A DNA stretch of 64,000 bases from an uncultured Fibrobacteria bacterium (GTDB lineage: Bacteria; Fibrobacterota; Fibrobacteria; UBA11236), in assembly GCA_963716395.1 (NCBI GenBank), contig OY970309.1, positions 1,696,001-1,760,000 of the forward strand. Direction: 5' to 3'. Under the pieces are notes generated by a model. The model did no database searches, was not told the origin of the DNA, and saw only the letters and a program-made list of their open reading frames with translations. Each line of letters begins with the position of its first letter. The first letter of the stretch is position 1. The position numbers and the translations under genes are program-made. Below, one piece after another: positions 9,421 to 20,504 of the stretch.

Positions 9421-10713
9421 TTAAGCCTGCGCGAGTAGTTTGGGCAGTTCGGGGGAAACGCCTTTGGGAACCACCGCCGCCGAAGCCCAGGCCTCGGGCC
9501 GCAGAATCTCGCGGGCACAGTGCAGTACGTCGTCGCGCGTCACCGCCGCCAGCCGCGCCAGCACGCGATCGATGGTTTCGCCGGGGGCGCGCCCCAGCAG
9601 ACGGCGGGCCAAAGTCGCCATGCGCGTATGCGTCGATTCGAGTCCGAGCAAAACGCCGCCGGCCACGCTTTTCTGGGCGAAGGCCAGTTCCGAAGCCGAA
9701 AGCCCCTTGCGCCGCAAGACGGCCAACTCGCGGCCGATTTCCTTCACGGCCTTGACCAGGTTTTTTGGTTCGGTGGCGAAGCCGATGGAGAACAAACCCT
9801 CCCGCGCCAAAAATTCGGGATTGGAAAAAATGCTGTACACCAGCCCGTATTTCTCGCGCAGGTTTTGAAACAATTTCGATCCCATACCGTCGCCCAGCAT
9901 GGAGTGGAGCAGCAGCAGGGCATAGCGGCGCGGTGAACTCCAGGCATAACCGGGGCCGCCCAGGAGCACGGTGGCCTGCTGCACGTCTTTGTGCTGCACC
10001 CGATGCCCGGGGTGAAACCGGCCGGCACGGCGGGCCAACGCGGAGCGTACCGGCGACACCGCCGCTCCACGTTTCTGCAGTCGAAAGCGGGCGCGCACCT
10101 GGTCGGCCACGGCGGCGTGGTTCACATTGCCCACGGCCGCCACCACCACCGGAATGCGCTGATGCGCGGATTCGCGGTGGTGAAGCAACTGCGCCCGGCT
10201 CAGGCCGCGTACGGTTTTTTCCGTGCCGGCGATGGGACGGCCCAGGGCCTGGGAACCGAAGGCGGCGTGCGAAAAAAGGTCGTAGATGAGATCGTCGGGA
10301 TTGTCTTCGGTGCTGCGGATTTCTTCGAGCACCACTTCTTTTTCTTTGCGGATGTCGTCGGGATCAAATTTGGCGCCGAACACCATGTCGAGCAGAGCGT
10401 CGAGCGCGCCTTCGACTTCGGTGTCGACCACCTTGCCGTAAAAGCAGGTTTGTTCTTTGGAGGTGTAGGCGTTGACGTGGCCGCCGGTGGCTTCGAAACG
10501 CTGCACGATGTCGAGCGGGCCGAGGCGGCCCGTGCCTTTGAACACCATGTGTTCGAAGAAATGCGACAGTCCGTTGCAGGCGGGCGCCTCGTCGCGCGAA
10601 CCCGTGTCGAGGTAAATTCCCAGACTGACCGAGCGCACATGCGGCAAGGCTTCGGTGGCGACCCAGACGCCGTTCGACAGGCGGTCGCAATGCGACGGGA
10701 TTTCGTTCACCAC
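9421..10713 (-). CDS. M16 family zinc peptidase
   Basis: Inverted zinc motif HFFEH, NAYTSKE, LREKYGLVYS; usual position after pnp. Confidence 0.93.
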   Translation of the reverse strand: MVNEIPSHCDRLSNGVWVATEALPHVRSVSLGIYLDTGSRDEAPACNGLSHFFEHMVFKGTGRLGPLDIVQRFEATGGHVNAYTSKEQTCFYGKVVDTEVEGALDALLDMVFGAKFDPDDIRKEKEVVLEEIRSTEDNPDDLIYDLFSHAAFGSQALGRPIAGTEKTVRGLSRAQLLHHRESAHQRIPVVVAAVGNVNHAAVADQVRARFRLQKRGAAVSPVRSALARRAGRFHPGHRVQHKDVQQATVLLGGPGYAWSSPRRYALLLLHSMLGDGMGSKLFQNLREKYGLVYSIFSNPEFLAREGLFSIGFATEPKNLVKAVKEIGRELAVLRRKGLSASELAFAQKSVAGGVLLGLESTHTRMATLARRLLGRAPGETIDRVLARLAAVTRDDVLHCAREILRPEAWASAAVVPKGVSPELPKLLAQA

Positions 10714-10738
10714 GGGGCTCCCATCCCGTCGCCGTCGT

Positions 10739-12823
10739 TCAGGCGGTTTGCAGCAAAGCCTTGCGGCTCAACTTGATTTTGCCCTGCGGATCGACGCCGA
10801 TGCATTTGACCTCCAACTCGTCGCCCATGGCCAACACGTCTTCGACTTTTTCCACGCGTTGCGGCGCGAGTTCGGAGATGTGCACCAGACCTTCTTTGCC
10901 CGGCAGAATCTCGACGAAGGCCCCGAAGGAGGCGATGCCCTTGACCTTGCCCTTGTACACCTTGCCGACCTCGGCTTCGGCGAACAGTTCATTCACCATT
11001 TTGAAGGCCACCATGGCGTTGCCGCGATGGGGGGCGGAAATGGTCACTAAGCCCGTGTCGTCGACGTCGATGTTGGCGCCAGCGTTTTCCTGGATGCCGC
11101 GAATGATCTTGCCGCCCGGGCCGATGAGGTCTTTGATCTTGTCGGGCGGAATGCGTTTTTGCACGATGGCCGGCGCCAGCTTGGAAAGGTCGCGCGGAGC
11201 GGGCAGGGCTTCCTGCATTTTGTCCAGGATGAACAGGCGGCCGGTGCGCGCCTGGTGCAACGCCTGGTGCATGATTTCCTTGGTGATGCCGCGCAGTTTG
11301 ATATCCATCTGAAACGAGGTGATGCCTTCGGCCGTGCCGCAGACTTTGAAATCCATGTCGCCCAAATGGTCTTCGGTGCCGTTGATGTCGGAGAGGGTTT
11401 CGAAGCGGCTGCCGTCGGAAACCAAGCCCATGGCGATGCCGGCCACGGGCGCCTTGATCTTCACGCCCGCATCCATGAGCGACAGGGTGCCGCCGCATAC
11501 CGAGGCCATCGAAGAAGAGCCGTGTGATTCGAGAATGTCGGAAACCACGCGGATGGTGTAGGGAAAGCTTTCCGAGGTGGGCAAAACCGGCGCCAAAGCG
11601 CGTTCCGCCAGAAAACCATGGCCCACTTCGCGTCGGCCCGTGGCGCCCATACGTTTGGCCTCGCCCACGGAGAAACCGGGAAAGTTGTAGTGGAGCATGT
11701 AATTCTTGAAGGTTTCGCCCTGCAGCGATTCGACCCGCTGTTCGTCCTGCTTGGTTCCCAAGGTGACCACGACCAACGCCTGGGTTTCCCCACGCTGGAA
11801 AAGGGCCGAACCGTGGGCGCGGGGTAACACCTGGGTTTCGATGACGATGGGACGGATGTCGTTGGGGCCGCGGCCGTCGATGCGGCGCTTTTCCGACAGC
11901 ACCATTTCGCGCATGTCGCGCCATTGGATGTCTTCGAGGTACCGGGCGATTTCTTTTTCGCGCTCGGGATAGTGCGGCGCCAGCCCGGCCACTACGTCTT
12001 TTTTGATTTGGCCCATCACCGCGTAATGGGCTTTTTTCAGCATGTCGGTGTGAAAGGCCTGGTGCAGCAGGGGTTTGGCCGCGGCCTCCACGGTTTTGAA
12101 CAGGGCCTCGTCGACTGGCGCGGGCGTGAACGACGTCTTTTCGGCCTTGAACTTCGCCAGCAACTCGTTTTGCCCCTGTACCAAGGTCCGGATGGCGGCA
12201 TGCCCCGCCATGATGGCGTCGACCATGACGTCTTCGGACACTTCGAAGGCCGAGCCTTCGACCATGAGAATCGAGGTTTCCGATCCGGCCACCACCAATT
12301 CGATGTCGGCGGTTTCCAATTCTTCATAGGTGGGGTTGATGATGAACCGGCCGTCGCGCGAGCCCGCCACCTTCACCGCCGCCACCATTTCTTCGAAAGG
12401 GATCGGCGAAAGGCCCAGGGCCGCCGAGGCACCTACCACCGCAATGGTGTCGGCGTCGAATTTTTCATCGGCCGAAAGCACGGTGCATACGATTTGCACC
12501 TCGCGTTTGTAGCCCTCGGGAAACATGGGCCGCAACGGGCGGTCGATGATGCGCGAGGTCAACACCTCTTTGTCGTTGGGACGGGTTTCGCGTTTGAAAT
12601 AACCGCCGGGAATTTTGCCGGCCGCGTAGAATTTCTCGCGGTATTCCACCGTCAGGGGGAAGAAGTCGCCGTCTTTGTCTTCGCCGGTGCAGACGGTGCA
12701 CAGCACCATGGTGTCGCCCATGCGGGCCAGCACCGCGCCACCCGCCTGTTTGGCCAAACGGCCGGTTTCGAGGATGACGGTTTTTCCGTCCGGAAGGGAA
12801 ATGGAAACGGTTTCTTGCGGCAT
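10739..12823 (-). CDS. pnp: Polyribonucleotide nucleotidyltransferase
   Basis: FFPLTVEYRE, RIDGRG, FQRGETQ, GDMDFK; KH and S1 domains. Confidence 0.98.
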   Translation of the reverse strand: MPQETVSISLPDGKTVILETGRLAKQAGGAVLARMGDTMVLCTVCTGEDKDGDFFPLTVEYREKFYAAGKIPGGYFKRETRPNDKEVLTSRIIDRPLRPMFPEGYKREVQIVCTVLSADEKFDADTIAVVGASAALGLSPIPFEEMVAAVKVAGSRDGRFIINPTYEELETADIELVVAGSETSILMVEGSAFEVSEDVMVDAIMAGHAAIRTLVQGQNELLAKFKAEKTSFTPAPVDEALFKTVEAAAKPLLHQAFHTDMLKKAHYAVMGQIKKDVVAGLAPHYPEREKEIARYLEDIQWRDMREMVLSEKRRIDGRGPNDIRPIVIETQVLPRAHGSALFQRGETQALVVVTLGTKQDEQRVESLQGETFKNYMLHYNFPGFSVGEAKRMGATGRREVGHGFLAERALAPVLPTSESFPYTIRVVSDILESHGSSSMASVCGGTLSLMDAGVKIKAPVAGIAMGLVSDGSRFETLSDINGTEDHLGDMDFKVCGTAEGITSFQMDIKLRGITKEIMHQALHQARTGRLFILDKMQEALPAPRDLSKLAPAIVQKRIPPDKIKDLIGPGGKIIRGIQENAGANIDVDDTGLVTISAPHRGNAMVAFKMVNELFAEAEVGKVYKGKVKGIASFGAFVEILPGKEGLVHISELAPQRVEKVEDVLAMGDELEVKCIGVDPQGKIKLSRKALLQTA

Positions 12824-12889
12824 GCGCGATTCTCCCAGTGGTGTGGCCCGAACTATTTCGGGCTTATCGAGGTGCGGGCGAAAGGCCGA

Positions 12890-13162
12890 TTACCGCCGCA
12901 AATCCAATTGCTTGATGACGGCGCGGTATCCGGCGAGATCGGTTCGGGTCAGATAATTCAGCAACCGCCGGCGCTGCGCCACCAAGGTGGTCAGCCCGCG
13001 ACGGGAATGCTTGTCCATTTTGTGCACTTTCAAATGCTCGGTGATTTGCGCGATGCGATGGGTCAGCAAGGCGATTTGCACGCGCGGATTGCCTGAATCT
13101 TTCTCGTTTTTGCCGAACTCTTTCACGAGTTTGGCGGCCGTATCTTGGGTCATGGTCGGCAT
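12890..13162 (-). CDS. rpsO: 30S ribosomal protein S15
   Basis: DSGNPRVQIALLT, HLKVHKMDKHSRRGL; directly upstream of pnp. Confidence 0.97.
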   Translation of the reverse strand: MPTMTQDTAAKLVKEFGKNEKDSGNPRVQIALLTHRIAQITEHLKVHKMDKHSRRGLTTLVAQRRRLLNYLTRTDLAGYRAVIKQLDLRR

Positions 13163-13214
13163 AAATCAACTTTCCGTCTTGACTATTTCTTCTTTGATTC
13201 GTTGAAGGGGCTGA

Positions 13215-13243
13215 ATATTAACAACTACGCAGGGCCCAGGCAA
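13215..13243 (-). promoter_or_regulatory. Sigma70-type promoter for rpsO-pnp
   Basis: TTGCCT-17 bp-TAATAT on the minus strand. Confidence 0.55.
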
Positions 13244-13323
13244 CCGGATCATGGAAATAGAGCCTTAAAATTCCGGATTTCTCCGGAAAGAGGAGAACGG
13301 AATTAAGATGAGAGGCAAAAAGA

Positions 13324-13455
13324 CTAAAAGTTCCAGCTGACATTGGGCATGAAGACCCCGATCAGCAACAACGCGACGACCAAAATCGCCCCGATAATCA
13401 TCAATGGAACCACAATGCTCTTTTCTTCATCAGTCAGAGAATTGTTCGTAACCAT
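13324..13455 (-). CDS. Small single-pass membrane protein (43 aa)
   Basis: Read manually: AAGGAG SD, then MVTNNSLTDEEKSIVVPLMIIGAILVVALLLIGVFMPNVSWNF*. Confidence 0.65.
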   Translation of the reverse strand: MVTNNSLTDEEKSIVVPLMIIGAILVVALLLIGVFMPNVSWNF

Positions 13456-13540
13456 GGCTGCTCCTTGAACCCGCTCTTCCAGCTTTCGGCACCGAATTGC
13501 AGGCTCAAGCAGAAGGTAGATTTTTCGGGTGTCGGGCGCA

Positions 13541-14461
13541 CTAGGCCGTCCATTGCTTGGCCCAGCCCGAGGTGTCTTCAGAGATTTGTCGCTGCAACTC
13601 TTCTTTGGAATCGAAGCGCTTTTCCGCGCGGATGCGTTGATTCAACTCAAATTCCAAGGTTTGCCCATATAAATCGGCGTTGATGCCCAAGAGATGAATT
13701 TCGACCAAGGGTTTGGGGTCGCCGCCGAAGGTGGGGCGAAGTCCGATATTGGCGATGGCCGGAATTCGTTGCCGGTCCAGTAATACCGTGCCGCCGTAGA
13801 CCCCGAACGACGGCAGGGTTTTGCGCACGTCTTCCAATGCGAGATTGGCCGTGGGAAAGCCCAAGCCTCTTCCGCGTTGTGCACCCGCTACCACCCGGCC
13901 GCGCAGGCTATAGGCGCGGCCCAACATGCGATTGGCGAAGTCGATGTTGCCCGCTTCCAAATGCCGGCGGATCAGGGAAGAGCTGACGGTTTCCCCGTTT
14001 TCATCCACCACCGGCGGAATTTCTTCCACCCGATCTTCGCCCACCAGGTTGCGCAGCAGAACCGCATCGCCGCGGGCGCCCTTTCCGAAGCGGTGGCCGG
14101 GTCCGAGGAAAAAAAGCGCGCCCCGCAGGCGTTTCTGCAACACATCGGTGATGAAGGTTTCTCCCTCCAGGGCCGCAACGGCGGCGTCGAAACGCAAGGT
14201 GACGGCCTCGACGCCTTGCGCGTGCAGCAGGGCCGCTTTTTCCCTCGGGGGCGTCAACCAGGAAATCGGTTTATCGGGCCACAGGATTTCACTCGGATGG
14301 GGATCGAAGGTGAGCACCACGGGTTCCAATCCGGACCGAACCGCTTTCTCGCGCAGCACCTCGAGGATGCGCCGATGGCCCAGGTGTACGCCGTCGAAAT
14401 TTCCCAGAGCCGCGGCCGTGGGGTGCGGGCGCACCAGCGCGGCCCAGGCCAGCGCCGTCAT
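13541..14461 (-). CDS. ribF: Bifunctional riboflavin kinase / FAD synthetase
   Basis: GNFDGVHLGH, SSSLIR, GRGLGFPTAN, NIGLRPTF; ATGA overlap with truB. Confidence 0.96.
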   Translation of the reverse strand: MTALAWAALVRPHPTAAALGNFDGVHLGHRRILEVLREKAVRSGLEPVVLTFDPHPSEILWPDKPISWLTPPREKAALLHAQGVEAVTLRFDAAVAALEGETFITDVLQKRLRGALFFLGPGHRFGKGARGDAVLLRNLVGEDRVEEIPPVVDENGETVSSSLIRRHLEAGNIDFANRMLGRAYSLRGRVVAGAQRGRGLGFPTANLALEDVRKTLPSFGVYGGTVLLDRQRIPAIANIGLRPTFGGDPKPLVEIHLLGINADLYGQTLEFELNQRIRAEKRFDSKEELQRQISEDTSGWAKQWTA

Positions 14462-15372
14462 GCCGTCGGCAACACCTTGCGCGGACACAATTGTCCGAAC
14501 GGGGTCACGGTGCCGACGGCCAGCAATTTACCGGCGGGCGAATAAATTCCGTAATCCGGAGATCCGGCGGGGTTAAGGTTTGCGGCCGCCGCCGCGCCCG
14601 GCATGGGAACATAGCCGGCCGCCGGAACGGGATTGCCGTTCAACAAGGCAGGCACCCAGGAAGGCCGCAATTGCAAGGCCGGCATGTGGTGTACGGCCCG
14701 TTCCAGCGGCAGCAGGTGATCGGATCCGATGACGGTTTCAGGGGCCACGGCATCTTCGACCCGGAACGGGCCGATGGACAGACGGCGGATCTTTTCAGCC
14801 ACAGCCCCGCACCCCAGGAGTTGTCCAATGTCATGCGCGATGGTGCGCACATAGGTGCCTTTGGAACATTCCATTTCCAAAGTCGCGGTTCCGGGAGAAA
14901 ATTCGATCAACTCCAGGCGATGAACCCGGACACGGCGCGGTTGCAAAACCACGGTTTCACCAGCACGCACCCGGTCACAGGCGCGTTTCCCCCGGATCTT
15001 CACCGCCGAATAGGCGGGCGGCAGTTGTTCGATTTCGCCCCGGAATTCCGGAAGCGTGGCTTCGACCCGGGCCGCGGTAATATCCGCGGCCGACCGTTCC
15101 TCCAGCACCCGCCCTTCGCCGTCGAAGGTATCGGTCGTCACCCCCAGGCGGAGGGCGAAGCGATAACTTTTCGGCTGGATTTCCAGAAATTCCAAGAGGC
15201 GCGTTCCCAGACCCACGCCCACCACCAACAGTCCCGATGCGGCGGGATCCAAAGTGCCGGCATGCCCGATTTTCTTTCCGCGGAAGACGCGTTTCACCGG
15301 ATACAGGGCCTGGAACGAAGAGACCCCCTCGGGTTTATCCAGCAGCAGCAGGCCGTCTTGCGCCGGAGTCAA
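14458..15372 (-). CDS. truB: tRNA pseudouridine(55) synthase
   Basis: LLDKPEG, GHAGTLDP, PPAYSAVK, CSKGTYVR. Confidence 0.97.
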   Translation of the reverse strand: MTPAQDGLLLLDKPEGVSSFQALYPVKRVFRGKKIGHAGTLDPAASGLLVVGVGLGTRLLEFLEIQPKSYRFALRLGVTTDTFDGEGRVLEERSAADITAARVEATLPEFRGEIEQLPPAYSAVKIRGKRACDRVRAGETVVLQPRRVRVHRLELIEFSPGTATLEMECSKGTYVRTIAHDIGQLLGCGAVAEKIRRLSIGPFRVEDAVAPETVIGSDHLLPLERAVHHMPALQLRPSWVPALLNGNPVPAAGYVPMPGAAAAANLNPAGSPDYGIYSPAGKLLAVGTVTPFGQLCPRKVLPTA

Positions 15373-15749
15373 GCGGCCCCCCCGGGCGTGCCGCGGTCCG
15401 GCGGCGTTGGTTCGGGCGGCAGGGTTTTCAGCAGCTCGGCGATGCGGAATCCGTGATCGAGGTTGCGATCGATTTCAAACAAGAGACGGGGCACGGTGCG
15501 CGTCTGCAGCGTTTTGGCCAGGTGCGTGCGCATGCGCGGCGCTTCCTGGGCCAGCGAAGCCAGGGTGCGTCGCTTTTCCGCCTCGTCTCCGAACACCGAC
15601 ACCAGCACTTTGGCCTGACTCAAATCGGCGGTGAGGTCGACGCGTGACACGGTGAGAAAACCGAGCGGCGATCGCGCCAGATCGCGCAGCAAATAGGATC
15701 CAATTTCGCGTTGGATGACGTGGCCGAGGCGTTCGGTGCGTCGCGACAT
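15369..15749 (-). CDS. rbfA: Ribosome-binding factor A
   Basis: RRTERL...LTVSRVDLTADLSQAKV...VPRLLFEID; lies between infB and truB. Confidence 0.95.
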   Translation of the reverse strand: MSRRTERLGHVIQREIGSYLLRDLARSPLGFLTVSRVDLTADLSQAKVLVSVFGDEAEKRRTLASLAQEAPRMRTHLAKTLQTRTVPRLLFEIDRNLDHGFRIAELLKTLPPEPTPPDRGTPGGAA

Positions 15750-15780
15750 GCTGGGCTCGAAAGGCGGGTTCTCCGCCGCG

Positions 15781-18654
15781 TCAGGCGTTGACGGGCGTCA
15801 GTTTGCGGGCCACTTCCACCTTGCGGAAAAAGGCCAGAACGTCGCCTTCTTGAATGTCCTTCAAGCCTTCGAGACCGATGCCGCATTCCATGCCGGCTTT
15901 GACGGATTTGGCATCGTCTTTTTCGCGTTTGAGCGACACCACTTTGGCCTCGCCCACTTCGATGCCGCCGCGGTAAAGACGGGCTTTGAGATCTCGTTCG
16001 ACCAGGCCGCTTTGCACCTTGCAGCCGGCCACCGTGCCCACCTTGGGAATGCGGAAGAGCTTGAGAATCTGCGCTTCGCCCGCCACTTCTTCGCGGAGTT
16101 CGGGCTGCAACATGCCCTCCATGGCGGCTTTGATTTCGTCGACCACTTCGTAGATGATGCGGTAGCTGTTGATGGTGACGCCTTCCTGCTCGGCCAATTC
16201 GCGTACCGACTCCGAAGGCAACACGTGGAAGGCGATAATGAGCGCCTCGGAAGCCGCGGCCAGATGCACGTCGGCGTCGCGCACTGCGCCGACGCCCTTA
16301 TGGATGACCAACACGCGCACTTCTTTGGTCGAAAGTCTTTCCAGCGCCGTGGCGATGGCTTCGACCGAACCGTCCACGTCGCCTTTGATGATGACCTTGA
16401 GTTCGTGGAACTCGCCCGACTTGATTTGATCGTAGAGCTGATCGAGGGTGATGTGGCGTTTCTGCCGCAACTCGCGATCTTTGGCCGCCATGCGGCGGCG
16501 CCCCGCGATTTCGCGCGCCTCGCGTTCGTCGCCGACGACCATGAACGAATCGCCGGCCTGCGGCGTGCCTTCGAGGCCCAGTACCTGCACGGGCGTCGAG
16601 GGCCCGACCTCGTTGCGGGGATTGCCGCGTTCGTCGAGCAGAGAGCGTACCTTGCCGGCGAAGACACCGGTAACGAAGGGGTCGCCGACCCGTAAGGTGC
16701 CGTTTTGCACCAGCACCGAAGCCACGGCGCCTTTTCCCTTATCCAGACGCGATTCGAGCACGGTGCCGCTGGCCGGCCGCTCGGAATGGGCCTTGAGATC
16801 GAGAATTTCGCTTTCGAGCGCCAGGGTTTCCAAAAGTTTATCCATGCCGGTGCCGGCTTTGGCCGAAATTTCGAGACAGGGATATTTTCCGCCCCATTGC
16901 TCCACTTCGACGCCGTTCTCCGCCAATTGAGTCCGGATTTTATCCGGGTTGGCGGTGGGCAAATCGATTTTATTGATGGCCACCACGATTTGGCAATTGG
17001 CGTTTTTCGCCAGTTGAATGGCCTCGCGGGTTTGCGGCATGACCATGCTGTCGGCGGCCACCACCAACAGCACGACGTCGGTGACGTTGGCTCCGCGGGC
17101 GCGCATGGCCGAAAACGCTTCGTGACCCGGGGTGTCGAGAAAGCAAATCGGTCCGTGGATGGTGTCGACAAGATGGGCGCCGATGTGCTGGGTAATGCCG
17201 CCCGCTTCCCCCGCGATCACATTGGTCTTGCGGATGTAGTCGAGAATCGAAGTCTTGCCGTGATCGACATGACCCATGACCGTGATGATGGGCGCGCGTC
17301 GCGTGCCGCCTTCACCATCGTCCGTTTCGCCGGCAGCCGCCGTCTCCTGGGCGTATTCGTCCATGAGCTGGGCCTCATAGCCGAATTCGTCGGCGACAAG
17401 GGCGATGATTTCGTGATCGAGCCTTTGATTGATGGTCACCATGAGACCCAATTCCATGCACTTGGCGATGACCTGGGCCGGCAATACGTTCATCAAGCCG
17501 GCCAATTCACCGATGGTCACGAATTCCGAAACCGTGAGTTGTTTCTTTTCTTCACTGCCCTCTTCTTCGCCTTCTTCCTTGTGGTTCTTCAGACGGCCCT
17601 TGGCACCCGGCGATCGCGAAAGGCTGGCCATCACCTTGCTGACGTTGTTGCGCGCCGCAAGCAATTCCTGTTCGATTTGCTCGCGCGATTTGCGGCGATG
17701 GCCTCCGCCGCCGCGGCGTTGCGGCGTGTGACCGCCTTCGGTGCGGGCCCGTTCCTTTTCTTTCTCCTTGTCGCGATCGGTCCAGCCGGTGTTGACCACA
17801 CCTGCTTCCTGGGCGCGCAAGGCATAGATGTCTTTGGGCGGTTCGAAACTGCGTTCACCGCTCGGACGGTCGGGCCGCGGGCTGCGTGCGCCGAAGCCGC
17901 CTCCGGGCGCTGATCCGGTGCGGTTTCCGGGTCCGGTACCCGGAGTGCTGGGACGAAACGTTCCGGGGCCTCGCGGCGTGAAAGGTCCACTGCGACCCAG
18001 TCCGCCTTCGCGTCCCGGACTTCCGCGTCCCGGCCCGCCGGGCGCAACGCGATGCAGATGTCCGGAATATCCCTGCTCCCGCTCTTCGCGACTGCGGAAA
18101 CGCGCCGTGTTTTCGGCCTGGGTTTTGGCGATGCGGGCCAACAAGGCGGCATCGGGTTTTTCCACCGACACCTTGAGTTCGGAGTGCAATTCGCGCGCCT
18201 TGGCTTCGGCTTCGGCCGGGGTGGTCACCGGGCGCGGCGGGGCCGGCGCTTCGGGAACGGCCACCGGCGCGGGTTCGACCGGTGGCGGCAAATTCACGAC
18301 GGGCTCGACCGGCGCTTCGGTTTCGGTTTCGCTGGGCGCGACTGCGGCCGGAGGTTCCGGCCCGTCTAAGGCGGGTTCGGGCGCGGCCGCCGGAGTCGGG
18401 GGAACGATCGGCGCTTTTTTCAGCACCGCCCGCATGGGAATTTTTTTGCCGGCCTTCACCAGATCATCGCGTTCCTGCTTTTCCTTTTCCGCCACGATCA
18501 ACGGTTTGACTTTCATGAAGCTGGGCTGATCGATCATGCTGGAAGTCGATTTTACTTCGACACCGGCTTCGACCAATAACCGGACCAAGGTGTCGCCCGA
18601 AATTTCATATTGCTTGGCCAGCGAAGAGACGCGTTTTTTTGCGGATTCTGTCAT
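15781..18654 (-). CDS. infB: Translation initiation factor IF-2
   Basis: [31 protein letters not shown]; start taken at MTESAKK (18654). Confidence 0.97.
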   Translation of the reverse strand: MTESAKKRVSSLAKQYEISGDTLVRLLVEAGVEVKSTSSMIDQPSFMKVKPLIVAEKEKQERDDLVKAGKKIPMRAVLKKAPIVPPTPAAAPEPALDGPEPPAAVAPSETETEAPVEPVVNLPPPVEPAPVAVPEAPAPPRPVTTPAEAEAKARELHSELKVSVEKPDAALLARIAKTQAENTARFRSREEREQGYSGHLHRVAPGGPGRGSPGREGGLGRSGPFTPRGPGTFRPSTPGTGPGNRTGSAPGGGFGARSPRPDRPSGERSFEPPKDIYALRAQEAGVVNTGWTDRDKEKEKERARTEGGHTPQRRGGGGHRRKSREQIEQELLAARNNVSKVMASLSRSPGAKGRLKNHKEEGEEEGSEEKKQLTVSEFVTIGELAGLMNVLPAQVIAKCMELGLMVTINQRLDHEIIALVADEFGYEAQLMDEYAQETAAAGETDDGEGGTRRAPIITVMGHVDHGKTSILDYIRKTNVIAGEAGGITQHIGAHLVDTIHGPICFLDTPGHEAFSAMRARGANVTDVVLLVVAADSMVMPQTREAIQLAKNANCQIVVAINKIDLPTANPDKIRTQLAENGVEVEQWGGKYPCLEISAKAGTGMDKLLETLALESEILDLKAHSERPASGTVLESRLDKGKGAVASVLVQNGTLRVGDPFVTGVFAGKVRSLLDERGNPRNEVGPSTPVQVLGLEGTPQAGDSFMVVGDEREAREIAGRRRMAAKDRELRQKRHITLDQLYDQIKSGEFHELKVIIKGDVDGSVEAIATALERLSTKEVRVLVIHKGVGAVRDADVHLAAASEALIIAFHVLPSESVRELAEQEGVTINSYRIIYEVVDEIKAAMEGMLQPELREEVAGEAQILKLFRIPKVGTVAGCKVQSGLVERDLKARLYRGGIEVGEAKVVSLKREKDDAKSVKAGMECGIGLEGLKDIQEGDVLAFFRKVEVARKLTPVNA

Positions 18655-18754
18655 AATATTCAGGTGCAATGTAGTATTATTGGGCCCCGCAATTGCGCAA
18701 CGAGGCGACCTTACGAGGTGAGTCGGTTGCCCGCCGGCACAGTGAGAGCGGCGA

Positions 18755-19972
18755 TTATTCTTCGGCCGGCTTTTTCTTGGCGAACAGCGATTCCAATTCG
18801 GAGAACTTACTGGAGGCCGAAGCCGGCGCGGTTGCGGCTTCGATTTGCGGCTTCGCGCCCTCCGTCGGTTTGAAGAGGCCTTCGCGCTCCTCTTCGGGCA
18901 TGTTATTGAACTCGGTTTGCCCGTAGATATCGAGTTCGCGTTCCACCAGCTTGCTGGCCAGGCGCACATTCTGCCCGCCGCGTCCGATGGCTTGGGACAA
19001 ATCCTCGTCGGCCACGATCACCACCACCCGGCCGTCGCTGATGTCGGTAATCTGGCGGATGTTCGCCGGTGAAAGCGCCCGGCGAATGTACACGCTGAGA
19101 TCCTCGCTCCAGTGGATGATGTCGATGCGCTCGTTGCTGAGCTCGCGCACGATGGCCTGTACGCGGTTCCCCTTCATTCCCACGCAGGCGCCCACGGGAT
19201 CGATGCGCTCGTCTTTGCTGATCACCGCGATTTTGGCGCGAAAGCCGGGATCGCGCGCCACGCCTTTCACGATCACGATGCCGTCGCCGATTTCGGGCAC
19301 CTCGAGTTCAAAGAGCCGGGCCAAAAGTTCGGGATGCGTGCGTGACAGCAGAATCTGCGGGCCTTTGGTGTTGGTGCTGACGTTGGCGATATAGGCGCGG
19401 ATGGTGTCGCCCTGGCGGTAGCGCTCTTTGCGGATTTGCTCCTTAAGCGGAAGAATGCCTTCGGTTTTTCCCAGGCTGATGAGAATGTTCCCGCGATCCA
19501 CCTGCTGCACCGAACCCGACACCAACGAGCCGACGCGATGCTGGTACTCTTCGAAAATCTTCTCGCGCTCGGCGTCGCGCACCTTTTGCAGCAACATTTG
19601 CTTGGCGGCCTGCACGGCGGCCCGGCCGAAATTTTCCACCGGGATTTCCATTTCGAGGTAGTCGCCGGCCTCGGCTTCGGCGTTGTATTCGCGCGCTTCG
19701 TCGAGCAGCATGTATTTCTCGTCGAAGGCCGACACCTCTTCGGCCGTCATTTCCGGCGGCACGTCGGGATAATCCTCGACCACGGTCACGCGCAGAAACA
19801 CGCGGATGTCCCCGCTCTCGGGGTCGATGTCGGCCTCGATATTCTTCTGCAGGTTGAGATATTTCCGCGCGGCATTCACCAGCGCCTGCTTGAGGGTTGA
19901 AACCACCACGTCGTTGTTCAGGTTCTTCGACTTGGCGATGAGGCTCAGACTTTCGAGAATGTCGCTGGCCAT
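18755..19972 (-). CDS. nusA: Transcription termination/antitermination factor NusA
   Basis: FGRAAVQAAKQ, LFELEVPEI, DPVGACVGMKG, AIGRGGQNVRLA. Confidence 0.97.
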   Translation of the reverse strand: MASDILESLSLIAKSKNLNNDVVVSTLKQALVNAARKYLNLQKNIEADIDPESGDIRVFLRVTVVEDYPDVPPEMTAEEVSAFDEKYMLLDEAREYNAEAEAGDYLEMEIPVENFGRAAVQAAKQMLLQKVRDAEREKIFEEYQHRVGSLVSGSVQQVDRGNILISLGKTEGILPLKEQIRKERYRQGDTIRAYIANVSTNTKGPQILLSRTHPELLARLFELEVPEIGDGIVIVKGVARDPGFRAKIAVISKDERIDPVGACVGMKGNRVQAIVRELSNERIDIIHWSEDLSVYIRRALSPANIRQITDISDGRVVVIVADEDLSQAIGRGGQNVRLASKLVERELDIYGQTEFNNMPEEEREGLFKPTEGAKPQIEAATAPASASSKFSELESLFAKKKPAEE

Positions 19973-19983
19973 GGCGTGCTCCT

Positions 19984-20442
19984 TTACGCGAATCTGATTT
20001 CCACTTTGGCCGAGGCCACATTGCGCAAGGGAATGCGCACGCGGCGTCCGGCGGATTCAATCACGGCCTCCTGCTCGTCGGCGGAGAGGAGGCGTCCCTG
20101 GAATTGCAGTTTCCCCTCCACCGGATCGCGGCAGACGACGCGCACGTCGCGGCCGAGATTGCGGCGCCAGTCGGCCGGGGTTTTGAAGGGCCGATCCAAT
20201 CCGGGCGACGAAACCTCCAGGGTATAGGAGTCGTCGCCCAACCAGTTTTCGGCGTCGAGTACGGCGGCCATCTCCCGGCTCACCTGGGTGCAATCGTCGA
20301 CGCTGACACCGGCGGGTTTGCCGATGAAAACGCGCAGCATGCGGCGTCGCCCCGTGCCTTGCATTTCCACGTCGACCAACTCCAGCCCCCGGGCTTCGGC
20401 AATGCCTTGCGCCAGCGATGATATTTTGTCCAAAACATCCAT
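19984..20442 (-). CDS. rimP: Ribosome maturation factor RimP
   Basis: GVSVDDC, YTLEVSSPGLDRP. Confidence 0.96.
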   Translation of the reverse strand: MDVLDKISSLAQGIAEARGLELVDVEMQGTGRRRMLRVFIGKPAGVSVDDCTQVSREMAAVLDAENWLGDDSYTLEVSSPGLDRPFKTPADWRRNLGRDVRVVCRDPVEGKLQFQGRLLSADEQEAVIESAGRRVRIPLRNVASAKVEIRFA

Positions 20443-20475
20443 GCGACTTTCCGCTCGCGTTTCGGCCCCGAAAAC

Positions 20476-20504
20476 AAAAACCCCTTTCGGGTTTGCCGAA
20501 GGGG
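20476..20504 (-). terminator. rimP-leader attenuator-like hairpin
   Basis: Minus strand ccccttcgg-caaac-ccgaaagggg followed by TTTTTGTTTT, about 35 nt before the rimP start. Confidence 0.65.

Noticed and set aside
18655-18969. Upstream extension of the infB ORF
   Set aside because: It overlaps nusA and is not IF-2-like; start placed at 18654
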